A stretch of DNA of 64,000 bases from a virus: positions 37,003-101,002 of the IMG/VR virus record IMGVR_UViG_3300046012_000505, one strand, 5' to 3'. The notes under the pieces were generated by a model, which did not search any database, was not told the DNA's origin, and saw only the letters and a list, made by a program, of their open reading frames with translations. Numbering within the stretch: the first letter of the stretch is position 1; the number at the start of each line of letters is the position of its first letter. Both the position numbers and the translations under genes were made by a program. Below, in pieces: positions 61,301 through 64,000 of the stretch.

Positions 61301-63999
61301 AACCGCGAGAACCGCGTGACCGGCGCGTAACTGCCGTCGGCGGTCTGCTCGAGTTCGTTCTTCACATCGCCGAACGTCGACGCCCAGGAGTCGAAATGCG
61401 ACAGCCCGCGCCTCTCCAACTCCTCCGGCTGGAGATACCGGCTGATCGTGTAGAGCTCGCCCATCGTGTTCGTGACCGGCGTACCAGACGCCAGCACCGC
61501 CGAGCGGCCCGGGCTCTTGCTGTCGAGGTAGCGCAGCTTCGTGTAGAGGTCCCACGCCGCGTTCGAGCCTTCCGGCGTGATGCCCTTCAAGCCGCTCTGC
61601 TTTGTCCCGAAAGAAAGTTTGCGGAATCCGTGCGCCTCATCGACAAAGGCGAAGTCGACTCCCATCTCCTCGAACGTGTTGACCGCATCCTGCTTGCCGG
61701 CACCGCGGCCGGACAGCTTCTGCTCAAGCTTCTCCTTCTGCTTTTCCAGCCGCTTGACCGTGATCCGATCGTCCTTCGCGTCCAACTCGCTCAGCGCGGC
61801 GTCGATCATGTCGATCTGCTCGCTGATGAGATGCGCCTGGAACTCGTCGCTGATCGGGATTTTCCCGAACCCGGAATGCGTGATGATGATGGCGTCGAGG
61901 TCGTTCTGAGACACATCGGCGACGAACTGCTTGCGGCGGTCGGTGTGAAACCGCCGCTCGTCGGCCACGGCGATGCGCGCGGTCGGATACTGCTCGTAGA
62001 ACTCCTTCGCGAACTGGCCCAGCATGTGGTTTGGCACCACGTACATAGGCTTGCGGACAAGCCCAAGACGGCGCATTTCCATTCCCGCCCCGATCATCGC
62101 CGAGGTCTTGCCGGCGCCGACCGCGTGCGCCATGTAGGTGCTGCCGTCCTGGATGATGCGCGCCACCACGCGCTTCTGGTGCGGGCGCCATGACCAGTCC
62201 GTCGAGACGCCGGGCGTCGTCAGATACGAGCCATCGAACTGCCGCAGGACCACGCGGTTGAGCTTGTCGTTGTAGAGCGTGGCAAGGCTGTCCGCTCGCG
62301 CCGGATCGCCGCCGGCCCAGTCGTCGAACGCCTGGCGCATCGCATCGTACTTGTCCTGCGCTGCCTGCGTGGCGACCGCATCGAACGTGCGCGTCGTGCT
62401 CCCGTTGACCTTCTCGGTCCGGTAAATCCTCGGCGGCGTCCGGTTGAGCGAGTCCGCCAGCAGGTCGAATGCGCCGCGGTCCTGCGTGCCCCACTCCGCT
62501 CGGCCAGGCCCGTCTCCAGCACGCGAGCCGTCGACAATCCAGCCGCCCGTCACGTCGGAGTGCCGCACGCGCGGCTCGCCAATGCCCAGGCGGTCGCGGG
62601 CGAACTCCGCGATCGTCTCCGGCGGGATCCACGGCATGCCGAGCGTCATGGTGATCTCGGATGGCGCCAGCGGCGCTGGCTGTGCCGCATCGAGCGCCGA
62701 GACGTTCCGGCGCACGTCAGGGTCGCTGGCCGCGTGAGCGCGCGCTACAGCCAGCTTGTCGACGACGTCGCCGGACAGATACTCGTCCTTGGTCTGGTAG
62801 GTGTCGTCCGTGCCCGGCACCTTGAAAATGCTGTCGCCGAGCTCGTTGATGACGCCCTGACGGTCCGTACCCATCTTCGCGGCGATCGCATCGAGGTCGA
62901 GGCGGCCGTGCTTGTTGAGAGACCACAGCACGCCATCGTTGGCGCTCTTGATCTCCGGCTCCTGCTCCTTCGTCAGGATGTTCTCGTCGAAGATGCGGCG
63001 CTTGGTCGCTTTCCCCGTTGCGTCGTCGTAATACTCGACCGACCGGAGCCGATAGCTCTCCTGGTCGTCCATGAACGGATCGATGTTCGGCCGCTTCTCG
63101 ATCACGATGTCCGGCATGTCGTCGGGATCGAACGAGCCGTGATCGAACTTCCGACCCTCGCGCTCGGCGCGGTCCATGGCATCTTTGCGGGCGCGTGCGA
63201 TTTCCTGCGTCTTCGCCTTACGCTCGATCATCGGCGTCGGGTCGAATTCGCCCTCGTCGAAATACTCGCCGCGGTCGCGCGCCATCTCGCGCGCCTCGGC
63301 GCGCGCGTTCTCGGCCTGGATGATGTTCGGGCGCCGGTACTGGTAGTCTGTCTTGTTGATGGGCCCGTACTTCCGCACGAACCGGTCATAGTGGCGGTTG
63401 AGGTCTTCCCGCGCCTTTGCCGCCGCCTCGGTATCCTCCGCCAGGTCGGCGCGGAACACCTCGCGCAACGCGTCGCGGACCGGGATCATGGTCTGCACGC
63501 GCTCCATCTCGGCGGCAGTCATGCCGCCGGTGACCCCGGCGCCGCGCTGCTCCACCGGGCGACCAACGCCGTTCCGGTACTGCATCAGGCGGCCGTTCTG
63601 CGTGTAGAAACTGCCGTCCTTCTTCTGCCCCGACGCGAAGTCCAGCGCCGCCCGGTCTTCCGGGGTCGGCAGGTGATCCATGACGTCCTTCGGCAGGCGA
63701 TCGACCGCCGCGCGCAGGTCCGCCTCTAGGTCTTGGCCCTCGATCGGCCGAACCCCGTACCGGCCCTCGTAGAGCTTGTCGAAAAACCCTTCCTGCCCCA
63801 GCACCTGTTCCGGATGGTCGGAGAAATAACGGCTGACGTTGCCCTCGGTCGTGCCGCCCTTCGCATCCGGCAGCGTCCGCTTGACCACGCCAGTCCATTC
63901 GAGCGACCCAGGCTCCGCACCCTCGGCGCGCTTCTTGAAGAACAGGATGTCCGTCGTCACTTCCGTGCCGGCGTTCTTCTTGAACGCCGACGATGGCAC
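55360..63999 (-). CDS. giant DarB-like polyvalent protein (MTase tail, SNF2 helicase, zincin-like, PLxRFG domain), 5' end outside window
   Basis: NAGTEVTTDILFF (end of N6-MTase), AHAVGAGKT, DEAH, SGTP, QRVGRAIRQGN, HEVIH, YVPLMRFGDY. Confidence 0.88.
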   Translation of the reverse strand: MPSSAFKKNAGTEVTTDILFFKKRAEGAEPGSLEWTGVVKRTLPDAKGGTTEGNVSRYFSDHPEQVLGQEGFFDKLYEGRYGVRPIEGQDLEADLRAAVDRLPKDVMDHLPTPEDRAALDFASGQKKDGSFYTQNGRLMQYRNGVGRPVEQRGAGVTGGMTAAEMERVQTMIPVRDALREVFRADLAEDTEAAAKAREDLNRHYDRFVRKYGPINKTDYQYRRPNIIQAENARAEAREMARDRGEYFDEGEFDPTPMIERKAKTQEIARARKDAMDRAEREGRKFDHGSFDPDDMPDIVIEKRPNIDPFMDDQESYRLRSVEYYDDATGKATKRRIFDENILTKEQEPEIKSANDGVLWSLNKHGRLDLDAIAAKMGTDRQGVINELGDSIFKVPGTDDTYQTKDEYLSGDVVDKLAVARAHAASDPDVRRNVSALDAAQPAPLAPSEITMTLGMPWIPPETIAEFARDRLGIGEPRVRHSDVTGGWIVDGSRAGDGPGRAEWGTQDRGAFDLLADSLNRTPPRIYRTEKVNGSTTRTFDAVATQAAQDKYDAMRQAFDDWAGGDPARADSLATLYNDKLNRVVLRQFDGSYLTTPGVSTDWSWRPHQKRVVARIIQDGSTYMAHAVGAGKTSAMIGAGMEMRRLGLVRKPMYVVPNHMLGQFAKEFYEQYPTARIAVADERRFHTDRRKQFVADVSQNDLDAIIITHSGFGKIPISDEFQAHLISEQIDMIDAALSELDAKDDRITVKRLEKQKEKLEQKLSGRGAGKQDAVNTFEEMGVDFAFVDEAHGFRKLSFGTKQSGLKGITPEGSNAAWDLYTKLRYLDSKSPGRSAVLASGTPVTNTMGELYTISRYLQPEELERRGLSHFDSWASTFGDVKNELEQTADGSYAPVTRFSRFVNIPELYKMVGGVMDVVTPSQLEQYVVRPKMAGGQRQFHLAPLTDTLRDYQQVLADRIKAIRERKGPPQKGDDILLSVINDGRHAAIDPRFVAGAASPNDPSSKLNAMIDNVHRIWKDTKNQQFYDPKTNYEKPLFKGPAAQMVFANLGIGEGGTRDFSGYQWMKSDLIRRGVPANEIAFIKDYKSHVARQKLFNDVNEGKVRILIGSTQKMGTGVNAQRRLVALHNQDPLWFPADDEQRVGRAIRQGNLNPEVQIHDYSTKGTYDSTMWQMMGRKGRFIEQFFRGDPELRDMEDLGEASMYEQASAMATSDERLITLTDLRQQLDKAQRRLQAYDREQYGMKARARDAQSRIAHFDKRIPAVQQDLAQRKDTRGELFNMRVGSKPFAVRKDAAIALSDAHAKVFPGLPRGGEAEIGSIGGFPLIVAKDGRDNPEYYLRRNGDELDQLKGEGHSASSVIGSAEHRIRNMEGDLRYSQEQRAEAQRYLDSLRPQIGKPFEGYDEIERLRRAVSDLETELKPVEKPKELPVGEAAPEDEAAQQHGAVEALPGNVGEGQRRRLASNLTGTFKPESEFTPAERALSDRVNEIARKMAPGTKTQAATSLRGEDAGGQRFGTFGATHVDPESLAHIVSWSLKSPDAEQTMRHEVIHQLRRSGLLGADEWAALTKGAADDGWSQKYDVANRWPGLSADGHLEEAIAERFSDWRRDGGLISRLPEWLQPIFYKLDLFRRRVAAAARSVLGKNVTPDDVFTRIESGAVGRRAGESTGVPEMAAAAQRGSAQRASILADLKDALLARGWRIDHVSKKGDSASSYYLSRSGELNGEQIRISDHALGMKNGERQGGSWKTNVAIEPGLSLGDHIAAIENEDYRHAGDGFGGGYSFREWQDDNEGAANGSSRSGEISGRGPQPSTISPRQESLTKGGEQDNHAPGASVKRAAQRPTIDQTDQGPQRVIPGAERVTPREAARVEDDRRAQQEAKLLQRQSKLRSGKPQEEPGGLFGDQQPKQGALFQRPANPEVPEIAPGGHDPMDNVADAMAEANGGKGAGTYARTLARMLPSAKGAPTKFLGALEKFVILPRSLATMDWRSSRVWDEWRRKDATANGLHHDWAEKSKGYVDLSPAQRTRLHAVEELDRLNGRVRPNDGRQIVARNEGQEEAEHSKPGQAIALDPATSAVYHERRALFRDVWNTLTESAARKLGWDGAVDPAAIRAAADRPMLAAGEAKRLRGIADLVENMQGQARSGYVPLMRFGDYYIAVKEKAGKAPDSLGGHPDVVRFELVDSKGAFDKLFGKADNGRVPKTADARIKELRAKYPGNWRRGEQGWESDTHRIEDGYLARNAEALRKLDIPAVEKLFMALQQKDSELYGPMVEKMRDQMYEEMKAGFKRRSRTVPGYSPDFERATGSYLGWTSGHAADMLHRDAIRQAQEAYIDTHPDPGVRQYWQKWSEYQNSPKTEMQALRQFGFYWALAANPSSTALIATHGPMVAHATLGAGVGYGAAGRHLYGALGEAVRAIRVNGERGLHVDMDRMGRTPAEKALIAEALRTGLIHAVAADDIRGLGQGHSEALRPHAKMWGRMLDIAASNISTADQVNRVGALLAGYRLYSQPGMLEKGAKAWGNNQVFQRMAARDGLTPASMAKFLVDEGLFVWGKTNRAPMARGAAGTMLFQFRNFEMNYLSSVWKMMHRMGPEGKGAALFMMAGLGMLGGALGLPFAGDAEKAYDEMHKMLTGIDPQAEARIYQLMEDVGFSKLAAEMMLRGPARSVLGIDLSSRLGFGDAGSKNLTPTSALGVVPSMLYQRLSAAHTRYTHGGQPIAAAAELLPSAARNLVRGAEAFPTEGVRTQKGDVIVPAKDVTTADQVAAGLGFTGARLARDYEYRDYEYRTDHAKQELQAEKLGQATAIEEQAMAASARGDAAEAGRLQDELHDLLAKNPDVAVTAKAIKQRLAQRISPDTTAMKRGPRGQREAKMNSPFAAP

Positions 64000-64000
64000 T

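Noticed and set aside
59221-62193. 990-aa plus-strand ORF (also 55219-57081, 35552-37021, 24561-25949, 46388-48661)
   Set aside because: Antisense shadows of well-supported genes; expected in high-GC DNA and lacking motifs.

Overview
The whole window reads as part of a GC-rich temperate phage of an alphaproteobacterial host (it carries GcrA-, GapR/DUF2312- and MmcB-like genes). Phage genes lie on both sides of the integrase and its arm-site cluster, so this looks like the free (attP) form. Layout: (1) 1-14131, minus strand: terminase large and small subunits, a run of accessory ORFs (J-domain, HslV-like Ntn hydrolase, acyl carrier protein, HigA-like fragment, MmcB), a serine resolvase with a res-like site, a GTGACAC iteron cluster and a replication NTPase. 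(2) 14360-22500, plus strand: small genes separated by conserved hairpins, then an intein-containing C5 methyltransferase. (3) 22521-33502, minus strand, cro-driven operon: HTH-PAS sensor, GNAT-like protein, second ACP, CtrA-like wHTH, ParB-like, GapR, GcrA, N6/N4 MTase, SF2 helicase, VRR-NUC. (4) cI, then a plus-strand operon: Rad50-like ATPase, RecE-like nuclease, Sak4-like ATPase, RNA ligase, Lar, HerA-like, xis, int, attP. (5) a tRNA-like element at the convergence point. (6) minus strand: lysis genes, tail-spike-like genes and a >2879-aa DarB-like polyvalent protein cut by the window edge. Best leads: an RNA ligase gene enclosed in a perfect 17-bp inverted repeat with further flanking pairing; an HTH-PAS / GNAT-like / ACP trio resembling an acyl-signal synthesis-and-sensing module; a hairpin-delimited gene-cassette array; a dispersed TYCAC-N5-GTGRA operator network; and a non-canonical tRNA-like RNA. 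All family assignments come from motif recognition by eye; no searches were run.
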